From the NCBI RefSeq assembly GCF_018350175.1, contig NC_058377.1, forward strand, positions 99,448,001 through 99,512,000: 64,000 bases of DNA, in the 5' to 3' direction. Position numbers and translations under genes: made by a program. The DNA is from Felis catus. Its lineage: Eukaryota. Below are positions 51,301 through 64,000 of the stretch, piece after piece (the first letter of the stretch is position 1; each line of letters opens with the position of its first letter). The notes under the pieces were generated by a model. The model saw only the letters and a program-made list of their open reading frames with translations. It did not search any database and was not told the origin of the DNA.

Positions 51301-54158
51301 CTCCACACATGGTTCCGTTTAATCCTCCCAACATTCCTAGCTTTTATGTCCTTGTCATACTGCACCCCTCCCTCACTGCCCAGCAAGTGCCATGGGACGG
51401 GATTTGTCACACGCCTTCGGTTCCCCGCTGCCCCCAGCAGAGGACCGACTACGTGCGGGCTGTGCACTTGGTAACTGAGCACTGCACTTGCAGACTCTAA
51501 ACGTGGGCCTCCTGGGGGAGGAAAGGCATGAGATGGAGCTTTCCAGTAGGAGGTGAGCAGTCTGAAGAGAGGCGCGGCTCTGTTCTTTCCATTTTCACCC
51601 TCCTTATTCGTTTTCAGCCAAAGCACATTCTCTCCAGTCTTTTGACGCCAGGAGGGCAGGGCCGCAGACTGGATAGGAAGCAAGTAGGTACAATTCTCTC
51701 TTGTCCTTATCTAACCTCTGGCTCCTTCTGCTGCTCTGGAAACAAACCGCAGTACCTAATAGGTTTTCCATGAAAATGTAGCATTACTGGAAGAGTCCGT
51801 TCTGGCTGCCTTAGCAAGACAGGAGCTGGTGCTGGAGACTTTCTCACCCGTTGCCATGCTGCAGGCTTTCAGAGGGACAAGGTTCGTTCCATCATCCACT
51901 GTCCCTCTCAGGAAGGTGGGGCGTCTTGACCAGCACCCCCGGTTCACATTTCTCTCCCTCTTTTCCTTGCTGCTCTCTAAGCTGTCTGCTCTCCCACCGC
52001 ATTTAGGTGTAAGGCACTGATCTGCATCTATTTGAAAACATCCTTTTTCAGGGTTGCAGTGAGGTGGTTCCAGAACAGTTGTGGTTTTAATGCAAAATCT
52101 GCCTCACTGGACCCAGCCAGGAAGGACAGTCAGGGCCTGGACCTCAGAGGAACCCACTTATGAGACCAACGGAAAATGGGCTTTTCAAGACTCTGGCTCC
52201 TGGCCCCACAGTCCCGGCAGACTAGCAGGGCATGTTGGGGAGGCTTCACACATGCATTGCTAGGGGCCCTCCTCCAGACATCGTTTTAGGCAGCAAACGT
52301 GAGGAAGCTGCTGGATATGCACAAAGGTATTTGGAAGGAAAACACTCAGTTACCTTATAAAATGAATCGCCATTACCATCAAAGATATTTTCCTGGAAAG
52401 AAGGTATTTTTTGGTTGGTGACAAAAGAATCTTTCATTCACAGCTTTCCCTCTAGGGCAAAAGCCAGAATGCAAGATTCTGGATCATTCAAGTCTAAAGA
52501 GACAGGAAGATGAGAGATCAACAGGGGAAAAAAAAAATTGATGAGAAGCCACATGTGACATCTTTAGGTAAGCTTAAAGGTGATGAAAAACATGTATCTT
52601 TGTCTGTATCTAAAACACAAAAAACTCCAAAGACATAAATCACTATGGCACTTAGGGAGGCAGCCTGAATGAACCCATTCAATATGCTGGGATATTCTAG
52701 AAGAATCCATCAGAGGAGCTGACACGTAAATCACTTTCCAGAGATGTTATTCTCCAAAGATAGTAGGAGGCCACATACATGGACTGATGGTACTCCTTGG
52801 AATGCTGACTGTACGGTAACTCAGCTTTCCATCTACATAAACTTTTGTAACGGTTGGGAAAGTAATGGCGATCATTTCTATTTTTGGTTGTTTCTCATAT
52901 TTGTCATTCTGCAGAGGCAAGACCTTTCTACACTTCACTCTGTGGGAGGCATGTTCTTTGGTTTTCTCAGCATTTCATAGCCTTCATGAAGCAGAAAACA
53001 TAGCTTGGACTTAAAGACTCAGATCTGAATCTAACTCAGAATTACCTACGTAATTTTGAGTGAGTTACTAATTTTATTTCAAAATTTTCTTTCTCATTTT
53101 ATTTCTAAAGCGGGGATACTTATTCTACCAAAGATTCTGAGAATGAAAACTTACATGACAGGCCTGACAGTCACGACTTCCCAATACTCGTTCTCTCTTC
53201 TTGCTCCCTTAACCTGCCACAGGACCTCAAACTGACCAACATGCATGCATGTACTGCTAGGTGAAAGGCTAGTTTTTCTATAAAGCCCAGCAAGGCTGAT
53301 GTTTTAGTGGGCCTGCTTTAAGGGGCTAAAGAGGATTTTTCTTTTTCTTTACATATTTTCAAATCAGAGAGAAGTAATGCCACTGCTCTGTAAGCCTTGA
53401 ACTTAGAAGTAAGTAACAAATGCAGTTTCCATTTTGTCAGACTAGTCTGTACTGTAATTACAAGCCCTGGGGCAGGGGAGTTTGAAGGCAGACCTCATCT
53501 GGTTGGGAGGACTGAGAGACTGAGAGACTTCACAGAGAGATGGCACCGGGATGGAAGCTCACCGTACGGGGAAAATCTCAATGAGGAGAGGGAAAGGAAG
53601 GTATTCCTAGAGTAGAAAATTAGAGGCAATGCCGAGGTTATGCTTAGGTATCACTAAGAAGTTGGAATGGAGAGCTACGGTTAGTTTCCTTCACCCTAAG
53701 GTTGCTCTTATACTCTGCAGTTTATACAGCCACTCCAAAAGTTGCAGAAAATCCCAGATTCTTTGCTTCAATGACCATCACACCCCCTGGGGGAATATTT
53801 CCTGGGAACTTAGCTCAGCACTTGCCAAGCCAAACCACTTGGCCAGTTTCACAGGTGCAGCTTACTAGATGATCTTTATCTAGGTTTGTACTATTTACAC
53901 GTATGAGTCAGTTCATTATTTCTTGCAGGTGTATCTTAAGAATACCTACACGCATTTAACTAACCCCTGAATAAACTCTATAGATGTTTCATTATGTTAA
54001 CAGCTTATATAATATTATGGAGGACCACTGGTATAGTACCCTTATTGTAGCTATACCTTGGATGCAGTTAGACTAACTGATGGGACAGCACTTTGAGCAA
54101 TCCCAGGCTTTCCTAAAATTTTTCACGGCCCAACTTGCATAGGCAAAACCGAAGCCTT

Positions 54159-54175
54159 GGCGCCCTCTGGTGGCA
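54159..54175 (-). promoter_or_regulatory. CTCF-binding motif
   Basis: Minus strand TGCCACCAGAGGGCGCC matches the CTCF core CCASYAGRKGGCR. Confidence 0.7.
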
Positions 54176-54278
54176 GACTGGTTCTTAGAGTCCAATAAGC
54201 TTCTCGACTAGAAACAGGCAGGTATTATGAGCACAGAAGCCACAGGATAATAAACATGGCACATTTTCCTAGATCATC

Positions 54279-54284
54279 TTTACT
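54279..54284 (-). terminator. Candidate distal MTCH2 polyadenylation signal (AGTAAA); a proximal AATAAA lies at 55145-55140
   Basis: Variant hexamer followed by GT/T-rich sequence at the end of an AT-rich UTR-like stretch. Confidence 0.4.
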
Positions 54285-55598
54285 GAAGATTTTTTGGGGA
54301 GGGGGGAGTGGGTAATGCAAAAACATTTTCATATTAAAACAAATGCATATAATATTGAATAGAATATAAAATTTACATTACTTCTTGCAACAAAGTAAGA
54401 GACATCAAAGACATTTCAAGGTAGGCTACTCATGAACTTCAGGCTGTATTCCTAAACCCTGAGGGAGGGAGGACACCCCTACATGCTCACACTAATATTA
54501 TGGGCGCTGCTCTTTTGATAGAGAAGTCTGAGGAGCAGCAAATTAAGTGCTTGCTCATTTGGCAACATCCAGTGGATTACTTAAGTAGTGAAACCATATG
54601 CTTTCTCATTTTTTAGAGCATTTTAACCTGCTTTAAAAAGGCCTGAGTAAATAGGAGCTTTATGCTTGAGTTGAAATTATTTCCTTCTAAAGTGATTTTT
54701 TTCCTCCTATAAATGTTAACATGCTTAACTGAGGGTATGACATGCGAGATGGTCAACATCCTAAGAACCCTGCGGACTTAAGTCTGCATTATCAGATAAG
54801 GAGTTATAAGTACACTTTCCAAGGGCATCATTAGGAATGAAAAGTAAACTACTCACCTTCGGCAACAACAAAAAAGAAACAAAATTAAAGACTGAAGAAA
54901 ATATTATAAGATTATAATCACATAGAAAAATTATATACAATGAAAATAATTTAGGGACTTCGGCAAAGACTTCTAAGAAAGGGGGCTACTGAAAAAAAGG
55001 GGGGGCTACCGCTGCTGTATTTGCTTTTCATATTTTATATGATAAGAATTTCTTTGGAGGGGGGAAAGAAGCCATTATGCTTCCTTTCCAAATCTTGTTT
55101 GTTCTCTGTAATTTTCCCTTTTTTTGTTGTTGGCAACAATTTATTACTTTGCAATAAGAAACTGAAGGAGTGGATACCCCTGTAGACATTTTCCAAGGTA
55201 ATTTAGCAATGGTCTTTTTTTTGAAGAATGAGAGGGTGAATCAAATGTGCTTAGAAGCAGATAATGAGAGGCAGATTCTGGTGGACGCTGAGGTTTTAGG
55301 GTCTGCTAAAGAAAAGGTATTCATAACCTCCCATATAGTTTACCTTATTAAATTTCTTAAGTTTTATAGAACTATTTCTTTCTTGAGAATGTACTCTACA
55401 TTTTAAAAGCCTTAAAATTAAGACTCAAGTCACATGACCACCTGCCTATACCTTTAGGAAAATGCGACTTTTGTTTTCTAAGTAAGGAATCTGAGGCACA
55501 AACATCCCATTTCAGAATAGTAACTAAGGGAAACTCTCAGTGGTAAATTACGTAGTGCTGGGAAAAAGAACAAAAAAGGCAGACACCAAACACCTCCA

Positions 55599-58500
55599 NN
55601 NNNNNNNNNNNNNNNNNNNNNNNNNNNNNNNNNNNNNNNNNNNNNNNNNNNNNNNNNNNNNNNNNNNNNNNNNNNNNNNNNNNNNNNNNNNNNNNNNNNN
55701 NNNNNNNNNNNNNNNNNNNNNNNNNNNNNNNNNNNNNNNNNNNNNNNNNNNNNNNNNNNNNNNNNNNNNNNNNNNNNNNNNNNNNNNNNNNNNNNNNNNN
55801 NNNNNNNNNNNNNNNNNNNNNNNNNNNNNNNNNNNNNNNNNNNNNNNTGAGGTCAGCCAGTCCAAATAAGCAGAGAGATCCAACTGGACATGTTTCTGGA
55901 GACGTGACTAAAATGGCCAGGAAAGACTGGGCTATCACTGTATAGAGCAGCAACGTGCACTCTGACTCAAGCCGAGCTTTCGTGGAACTAACTTACAGTT
56001 TTGCCATGCGGGTAAGGCAAGAATTTCTGACTTATTTCGACAGAATTCCCAGTTTGGATTCTGGCTCTGCCACTTGCCGGCTGGGTTATCAAATGAGTCA
56101 GTACATATAAAGTGTGGAGACAGTCCTACCACTCGCCAAGTGCTAGATTTTATTTACTTTTTAATGGAATGGTCAGGTCTCTATGAAGTACTACTAAAAT
56201 GTTACAATTAAAGTAAAAACCTTAGGAGCTTAAGTGACTAGACTCAAGTTAGACTGGCTGCACACAGATCCCGCTCTCACAAATACAGACTCTATAACCT
56301 TGGGTTATATAATTAGTGTTATTTAATGATTCAAAGTCCCAGTTTCTTCAGATGGGAAGTGGGATGATAAAGAATGGTACCTATGTATCCTCCTCATATG
56401 GTTATTTTGAGAGTTGCACGAGCTGATACAGGCTGTCAGCACGATGCCTGATATATAGCAAATACCCCATCAAGATTGCTGCTCTTGTCCTAAGCACTTA
56501 TGGGACTGACTGCTCCCTCGACAAGGTGTCTGATACCCTAATACATTTTCTATCTGCTTTCTTCCGACAGCAGGGGGTTAGTTAGAAAGCAGGGAAAGAA
56601 AGGCCATCTTTCCTTTAAATGGGGACCACGATAAGAGACTGCCCAATAGAGAGTGTAAGACTCAGAACGGAACCCAGAACGTTCATGTTAGGTGTGTATG
56701 GCAATCGTTCGTGTTCTAGCCTGGATTCACACAGGGCTTGCTGGGCTTGCACACTGGGCAAAAAGGCAGCTACAGTAGCACTTAAGCCTTTTTCATTCAT
56801 AGTTTAGGCTGAGCTCTGTGAACAAAGGCCTTTCTGACACGCATTACAAGTGACATAACAAAATGCAACAAAGAGCTTCCTCATACGCTATCTTCTACAA
56901 TCCTCTAAAAAGTGCTTCCCGCTTAAAAACAGCTTTAAACTGATGGCCATTAGAAGTGATCCCGTGTTACATTCAGCACACAGCCACCCATTTTGGTTCC
57001 TAATAAAGCTTTGGCCAGACTGATTGAGATCTGTGGTTGCAGATGACACACCTCACAATAACAAACCCAGAAACTGGAGTCTGGACAAAATCATTCTCTA
57101 AAAACACTCCAGAAGTAAGAGGCCAGCTCCATCAACATCACTGTGACAAATAATGTCGTAAAACAAACAGCTTCTTGTTTCTCAGTTTCCTCTCTACTGT
57201 AGGAAAACACCCGAATATATAAGGAGATTGTGGGAAGTTACAAGAAAAAAGATGAGGTTGGAAAAAAATAACTTGAAATCGAGGCCATCATTTTACCCAC
57301 CAGGATAACTGTCTACCTGGACCCTACTTGTAATTTGAATGTGATCGCTCAAATGGCTTCCAAGTCACATCCAGAGATTCTCAATTCCTCATTACCCCTC
57401 CCGATGACTTCTCAGCAGCACATTTTTTGACTATGCTGGGGCGATACATGGAACACTGGAAAGGGTGCATTAATTGGTAGTTAAAGGGTAAGCTACAAAA
57501 ATTAACCTGGGATTCCAGAGACGTTATTTAAGAAAACAAACAAAAACAAAATAAAAGAAAATAGAGAGGAGGGGTGATGAGGAAGGGAGGGAGGAATGGA
57601 AGGAGAGAGAAAGACACTAGTACCTCCTTCTGCAGCATGCACCAGCAATCTATCCAGGAAGTATATATTGGGGAGTAGGGAGGGCATCCACCAGCAAGCC
57701 TGAAACAGGGGGAAAAAAAAAAAAAAAGATTAGCTATTCAAATTAACATTTACAAAGCGTTGTCTCAAGAGTTCAATAAATCTTTGTCAAAATACTCTCT
57801 TACCTAGAAAGTTCCCCAAGAGACAATTTTAGCTCTAATGAAACAAATATTCAGAAAGGGAAAAAAGAGCAAGCATCCCAAAAGGATTTTCCTCCCTCAT
57901 TTTTAGGTTTTGAAACAGCAAGGAAACAGAAACGTCAACCAATTAGGCATTTTCTAAAACATCTGGATTTTCAATTTGTGAACAAATATAATTTCTAGAA
58001 CACAGCAATTATAAGCAGGGAAAGGAGATTTAAAAGCTAAGTGATGTTCAACAGAGCCTAAACATGGCAATGAATCTAAACAGTGGTGACTACATACTTT
58101 ACTCAGATATAACCCGTAATCTCTTCCTCCCTAAAAATCTGTCAGGGACAGTAATACCCTCAACTCATTCTTTTACTACGCTCTGGGTTAAGATGTGGCA
58201 GGTGCCCTACTGGGCACAAAACAACCAGAATGTGACACGACAGGAAGTATGATAACTATGCTCGAATCTCCACACAGCTATCTATTTGATACCTTGTTTG
58301 AAAACAGTGACACGTCTAACGGCATATGGCGCCAGGCACTGCACTGGAACTGTCCTGACTTAAAGAAAGAGGCAAAACTCCTGCCCAATGTGGTCACTAA
58401 TCGGCGTCCAGAAGCTGGAAATCGGTGGTGTCCACCACCGTACCCCCATCCATCCTTCTCAACCAACACAGTGAAAGGTTAAAAAACTTCCCATGAAAAA

Positions 58501-61500
58501 AAAGAAAGAAACTTTCTATGGACCAAATCTCCTACTTTTCTTTCTTTAAAACTTCCTTTTTCCATGGAGTCCCTAGGAAAGAAACTTACTTTCTCCATGA
58601 AGCCCCTACAAGCTGCCACTCAACCCCTGACATATCCTTTGTAAGTTTCATTAAAAGGAAGATAAAGACTTCAAATAAAGGAAAGATATAGAAATAGAGT
58701 CATTTGATCACAATCCCACCTTTTCAGAAGAGGACCTAAACTACAGGGAAGGGAATATTATCTGTAAGTACTTAAGAGATATTCTAACAGAGGATATGAG
58801 ACGGCTGCTTATAATAAAACATACATTGATGCCACCGCTGGTACATGGGGCATACAGAGAAAAGATTTAGGAAATCTAGTAACGGCATCAACTGTACTCT
58901 TCCTCCCCAAATTTCTCCCTGGACTGCTCTGCCGGGCAGGCATACAGGCAGCCAACTACTAGAATAAGAAATGCAGGGCACTTACCCACAGTTGTTGACA
59001 GCCATAAGATTAGAGACAAGCACAAAGGGATAGGTCAACATACTGGCAAAAAACTGTGAAGTGGTAAAAAGACAGCTAAGTTATTAGGTCATTCTGAATC
59101 TTTATTCTCTTCCTTCCTCTCCCTTAAAGCCCTAGCGCCACTGTGGGCAACACTCCACCACTAGCTTTGCTTTCTCAGTAGCTCACATTTTTGAGCCTGG
59201 AGATGCTTCCTCCTCTTAACATACTGATACATCCAACACTTTAACAAAAGGCCAGAAGGCATCTCATACCGTGACAGAGTCCTCCTTCAAATAAAACTGA
59301 ATTACATTATTTAAGAGAAAAAGTAAATGCAATCAAATACAATGAAGCATTTCAAAACATCCCTGAAGAAAGTAAGAAAACATGAGGTCCTTCCAAAAAT
59401 GATGGAAGTTACTTCAGAAGTCAACTACTGGAAAACTCCACAGACTCAAGAGGGTGAAGTTGTCTGGTACAGGATCCGTGGGGTGCCGCGAGCAGCAGGC
59501 CTGAGACTTGGGGGCACGGTGGCATAGACCAAACCATGTGGGCTTGTTAATGCCGCTCCTGTGACAAGGGGACCCTGGGTCATTCTCACCTCTGAGAAAC
59601 ATTAATGAACTTGAGAGACATTCCTGTGAGACATCTGTGATGACACGACCCAGATGAAATTGAAAAGGAAATAAAACACAACTAGAAGGTTAAGGGGGTT
59701 TTAAAAAACTCACTCCTGTGACAGCTTGGGAATAACTCTTCATTTCACTCATGGTGGAAACCTAAAACAGGAATAAAGCCTTTTCAGAATAAGAAAATTA
59801 AGATGATGCTAACAGCTAATTGTCCCCACTCATATCAATATATTCGATCTCTAAATTTTTAGTTTCTTTGACAGCCTAAAAATTAATTTTGAGATGAAAA
59901 CATAAAATACTGATTGTGACCATAAAAAGGCAGTGGAGTAAATCATCAACTTGATTCAACATTAAGAGACAAATTTGCATTAGACTACGATGGCTTAGGA
60001 ACAAATGTGATAGACCCAGGATTTAAAAAAAAAAAGAAAAAAAAAGTAACCTTTTCTGATGTCCTAGAAATCCAATCCCTGGAAACTACATTTGTGGTAC
60101 ACCTGAGGGACAAGTCACTACCTCTACATACACCCAGCTGTGCACCAGATGCTGCAGAGACAAGTCTCCGTACTCTAGAAGTGGACAGCGTGGATTCAGT
60201 CGTCCCTCTGTGTGTGTTCTATTTCCCACTATGCTATGGGGCTGCCTGTGCACGAAGAGGCCCGCAGCTTCCAGGAAAGGCTAATTTTCAAAACTTCCCA
60301 GGCTGAGGTTTCTAAAAAGCCCAAACCAGGAGTCCCATTAACACTTCAGATTAGATGAAACACCATTAATATGCTATAAAACTGTCCTGCTTTGCACTGC
60401 CCTCCAAAATTATGTACCAATACAGATGTGATCTCCTTGCAGCACAGAGACAGGGCTAGATTTCTTAGGCTGACTCAGCCATACCCTAAGGACTTTTTAG
60501 GTGCATCTTTTCATGGTAAATAGCATAGGTCATTCCATCAGCCTTTGAAAAGTTGACTGATAATGTTTAGCTATATAATGATGAGTCTGGCACATAATAA
60601 AGTGCCACCTTACTTTATCTTTTTTTTTTTTTTTTTTTTTTTAAGCAGGCTCCATGCCAAATGTGAGGCTTGAACTCAAAACCCCAAGTCACATGCTGTA
60701 CAGACTAAGCCAGCCAGGTGACCCACCACCTTACTTTAAAGCTACCCAAGCTGCCCAGTGAAAACAATAAAGTCAGCACCAGCACATCTCATCAAGATCA
60801 CAACCTACCCCACTGTCCAGTGCATAGGTATTGACGAGGTAGGCCAGTGAGTTACAGAGCCACAAAGAAATGATGTCACCTAGGAGGCGAGGAATAAGAC
60901 CCCTACATGAAAAACAATAAAAATAAGAGCCAAAAAATGTGATCAGTAAAAAGATAATCCACTCAATACAAACACTTCTCAAAGACAGATTTTAAAGTCT
61001 TCTAGAGAACTGAAAAGACACTGACCGCCAGAATCTAGTCCTAACTAGTTCATTCTACGTAATGTAACTATACTAGAGGCTAATCTCTAATGACTTTCCC
61101 ATTTTCCCTTTTTTTTTTTTTTTAAAGGAGGCTCTACGCTGGGCATGGAGCCCAACACAGGGCTTGAACTCATGACCCTGAGATCAAGACCTGAGCTGAG
61201 ATCAAGACTGAGACACTTAATGGATTGAGCCACCCAAGCAACCCAATTTCCATTTTTCAAATGCAGACCAGCTATATATCCTGGAGCTCTGGCCAATGGT
61301 TCATCTTACTATCAATAACTATAAGCAAGAGGGGACAAAAATGTGCCTGCTTCAGAGAAGAGACTTAAATATAGTTTTGGCTTGGGAATGCAAGCTGCTG
61401 CAGCCACTCTGGAAAACAGTATGGAGGTTCCTCAAGAAACTAAAAATAGAACTACCCTACGACCCAGCAATTGCACTACTAGGTATTTATCCAAAGAATA

Positions 61501-63926
61501 CAGGTGTGCTGTTTTGAAGGGACACACGCACCCTAATGTTTATAGCAGCACTAACAACAATAGCCAAAGTATGGAAAGAGCCCAAATGTCCATCGATGGA
61601 TGAATGGATAGAGAAGATGTGGGATATATATACAATGGAGTATCACTCGGCAATCAAAAAGAATGAAATCTTGCCATTTGCAACTACGTGGATGGAACTG
61701 GAGGGTATTACGCTAAGTGAAATTAGTCAGTCAGAGAAAGACAAAAATCATATGACTTCACTCATATGAGGACTTTAAGAGACAAAACAGATGAACAGAA
61801 GGGAAGGGAAACAAAAATAATATAAAAACAGGGAGGGGGACAAAACAGAAGAGACTCATAAATATGGAGAACAAACTGAGGGTTACTGGAGGGGTTGTGG
61901 GAGGGGGCACTAAAGAATCTACTCCTGAAATCATTGGAGCACTATATGCTAACTAATTTGGATATAATTAAAAAAAAAAAAAAAAAAAGAATGTATGGGC
62001 GCCTGGGTGGCTCAGTCGGTTAAACATCTGACTTCAGCTCAGGTCACGATCTTGTGGTCCATGAGTTTGAGCCCTGCGTCGGGCTCTGTGCTGACAGTTC
62101 AGAGCCTGGAGACTGCTTCAGATTCTGTGTCTCCCTCTCCCTCTGACCCTCCCCCTTCATGCTCTGTCTCTCTCTGTCTCAAAAATAAATAAACGTTAAA
62201 AAAAAATAATAAAAAAGAATGCATAATAAGTGATTAGGAATAAAAAACATGTAAATCATAATAAATGAATAATAATTTTAAAAATACATATAATTTTGGC
62301 TAAGGTATTTGATACTTAAATTTGACAGGGCCAAAAATGGCTACAAAATCACAAAACAAAACAAGAATGGCCCAGAGATAGATGAGGGATATCAAAAAAC
62401 ACATTCCCAGGGCCTGGGTGACCTAGGTGAGGCAGTATGCAATTGCGGGATGAACATTACCCCACAGACTGAAGACCGGGGTTCAAATGCCACTTCCACT
62501 ACCTATCAGCTACGTGACCGGCAGCAAATGAAATTCCCAGAGCATCAACTTTTTTTCACCTCTATAATGAAGATAATAGTAACTACCCTGCCTATCTCCC
62601 AGGCGATTTGTTTGGTTTTACTTTTTTTTTTTTTCTTTCAAGTAGGCTCCGTGCCCAACGTGGGGCTTGGAACTCACAACCTTGAACTCAAGAGTCGTGT
62701 GCTCCACCACCTGAGGCAGTCAGGCGCCCCTCTCCCAGACTAGGACGCTCAAATAAAATCAGTGACATGGAAACCCTCTGAAAATGAAAAAGGACCATTT
62801 ACAGTTTCTGTTGTTAACAGAAGAATGACAGTAGTAGTCTAAGTTCTTCTAAAGGAAATTCAAGGGAACGGATATAGCCTTGCAAAAACATGTTACTCAC
62901 AGGATAAGGAAGATACATGTTAGGTAATTCTCCCATTTTTCAAAAATTAAGTTTCCCTAGTTTATCAACTGTACATCACTAGGAACTTATTATAAAGGTA
63001 GAAACTTGGAATAAATTTATTTGTTAAAACAAAATGAAAAAATCCCCCAAACAAAAAACAAAACCCTCTAATTTCCAGTGTTTTAGATGTCTGGAAGTAA
63101 AAGTTTGGGATCTTTACAAGAGAATTTAAGTCAGAGGGACCTTAATAGAGTTTAACATGAAGTAAACCCAGAGAGTACATTTTCTCCAGGGATTAAACAG
63201 TCATGTCCTTATTTTCATTAAAGCTTTCCACTCCCACAAATAATCACACACAAATCAACAATTTACTCACGCAAAAAATCCTAGGATGCCTTCTTCACGA
63301 TAGATGGTTACTATGGAGTCATAAAGTCCACTAACGTACAGAAGATGGAAAGGCAAAAATACATGAAGATTATTTTGAAGCTACTAAGGAAAACGTTCAA
63401 TTATCACTTTTGACAAGGTCAAATTTATATCCCACCCCCTTTTCTGCCACCCTCACTCTGTAACGACAGTTGAATTTGGGACAGGTGTGGAGATATTACT
63501 ACCTAGTTACACAGAGTCAGGGTGAATTTTGGCTTTAGTGTCTCTGCAACTTACTCTGAGATCTTGGGTAGCTTCTTAAACGTGCCCAGGCCATTTTCTT
63601 CTATTTTCCCTTTTCTGCGTGTGTGCATATCAAATGATATTATCAACTTGATCAAAATGATATATCTAAGGCACCATAAAAATGGAAAGCACTTTTGACA
63701 GCTCAGAGCCTGGAGCCTGCAGCCTGCTTTGGATTCTGTGTCTCCCTCTCTCTCTGTTCCTCCCCTGCTCGCACTTTGTCTCTCTCTCTCTCAAAAATAA
63801 ATAAAGATTAAAAAAAAAAAAATGTAAAGCACTTCAACTGATCTCCTTGAATCCTTGGAAATAAAAACACTTACCAGTACTTGGATTCTCTGCCGATGAA
63901 CTGTACCATAGATCTCAGAGTGATCA
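55599..63926 (-). CDS. MTCH2: Mitochondrial carrier homolog 2, 3' part (exons 7-13; the gene continues beyond the window); last coding exon inferred inside N-gap 55599-55847
   Basis: Spliced: VITLRSMVQFIGRESKYC|GLYDSIVTIYREEGILGFFA|GLIPRLLGDIISLWLCNSLAYLVNTYALDSG|VSTMSEMKSYSQAVTG|FFASMLTYPFVLVSNLMAVNNCG|LAGGCPPYSPIYTSWIDCWCMLQKE. Sequence left of the gap resembles the recalled MTCH2 3' UTR. Exon numbers are from the recalled human gene. Confidence 0.95.
57624..57699 (-). CDS. MTCH2: MTCH2 exon 12
   Basis: TCAG|G...GAG|GTACTA, 76 nt. Confidence 0.95.
58986..59053 (-). CDS. MTCH2: MTCH2 exon 11
   Basis: ACAG|TTT...TGG|GTAAGT, 68 nt. Confidence 0.95.
59714..59761 (-). CDS. MTCH2: MTCH2 exon 10
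   Basis: TTAG|GTT...GGA|GTGAGT, 48 nt. Confidence 0.94.
60809..60902 (-). CDS. MTCH2: MTCH2 exon 9
   Basis: GTAG|G...GGG|GTAGGT, 94 nt. Confidence 0.95.
61383..61988 (+). mobile_element. 5'-truncated felid/carnivore LINE-1 (ORF2 C-terminus, 3' UTR, poly-A), antisense in MTCH2 intron 8
   Basis: ECKLLQPLWKTVWRFLKKLKIELPYDPAIALLGIYPK and MFIAAL...KEPKCPSMDEWI...NEILPFATTWMELEGITLSEISQ; poly-A about 61970-61988. Confidence 0.93.
61996..62215 (+). mobile_element. Can-SINE inserted at an L1 poly-A tail
   Basis: TSD AAAAAGAATG(T/C)AT. Confidence 0.85.
63271..63330 (-). CDS. MTCH2: MTCH2 exon 8
   Basis: TTAG|T...TGC|GTGAGT, 60 nt. Confidence 0.94.
63696..63822 (+). mobile_element. 5'-truncated Can-SINE in MTCH2 intron 7
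   Basis: TSD AAAAATG(G/T)AAAGCACTT. Confidence 0.85.
63875..63926 (-). CDS. MTCH2: MTCH2 exon 7
   Basis: GCAG|TG...CTG|GTAAGT, 52 nt. Confidence 0.94.
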
Positions 63927-64000
63927 CTGCAGAACACAGAGAAAAGATTTTTAAAACTACGTCGACATAAATTTTGATAGCCCTGAAAAAGAAAAAAAGT

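Noticed and set aside
51063-51683. 206-aa minus-strand ORF
   Set aside because: Non-ATG start, no recognisable protein, overlaps old L2/MIR-like sequence.
57738-57751. Minus-strand AAATGTTAATTTGA resembling the recalled MTCH2 C-terminus (MLI*)
   Set aside because: It lies in intron 11, upstream of exon 12, and similarity does not extend. The real last exon fits the gap at 55599-55847.

Overview
Mammalian genomic DNA, almost certainly from a cat-family (felid) species, because several near-consensus young SINEC_Fc-type Can-SINEs are present. The window matches the human 11p11.2 gene block as I recall it. Gene order: PTPMT1 (+, 4 exons, 201 aa), KBTBD4 (-, 4 exons, 534 aa), NDUFS3 (+, 7 exons, 265 aa), FAM180B (+, 3 exons, about 179 aa), C1QTNF4 (-, one coding exon, about 321 aa), and the 3' half of MTCH2 (-, exons 7-13). 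Every visible coding-exon boundary was read by eye and has GT/AG ends with consistent phase. Six N-gaps hide parts of KBTBD4 and C1QTNF4, an NDUFS3 intronic SINE and, by inference, the last MTCH2 coding exon. The rest is SINE-rich, with L1, MaLR/ERVL LTR and DNA-transposon remnants. Best leads: a pol-deleted class I ERV provirus lying in sense orientation in PTPMT1 intron 2; an in-frame strong-Kozak upstream AUG giving PTPMT1 a 74-aa extension; a branchpoint/polypyrimidine/AG|GTGAGT recursive-splice-like site in the MTCH2 3' UTR; start-codon turnover in FAM180B; and an antisense splice donor at the PTPMT1 promoter. I see no convincing evidence of a wholly new biological system. Orthologue and repeat-family comparisons are from memory, not from database searches.
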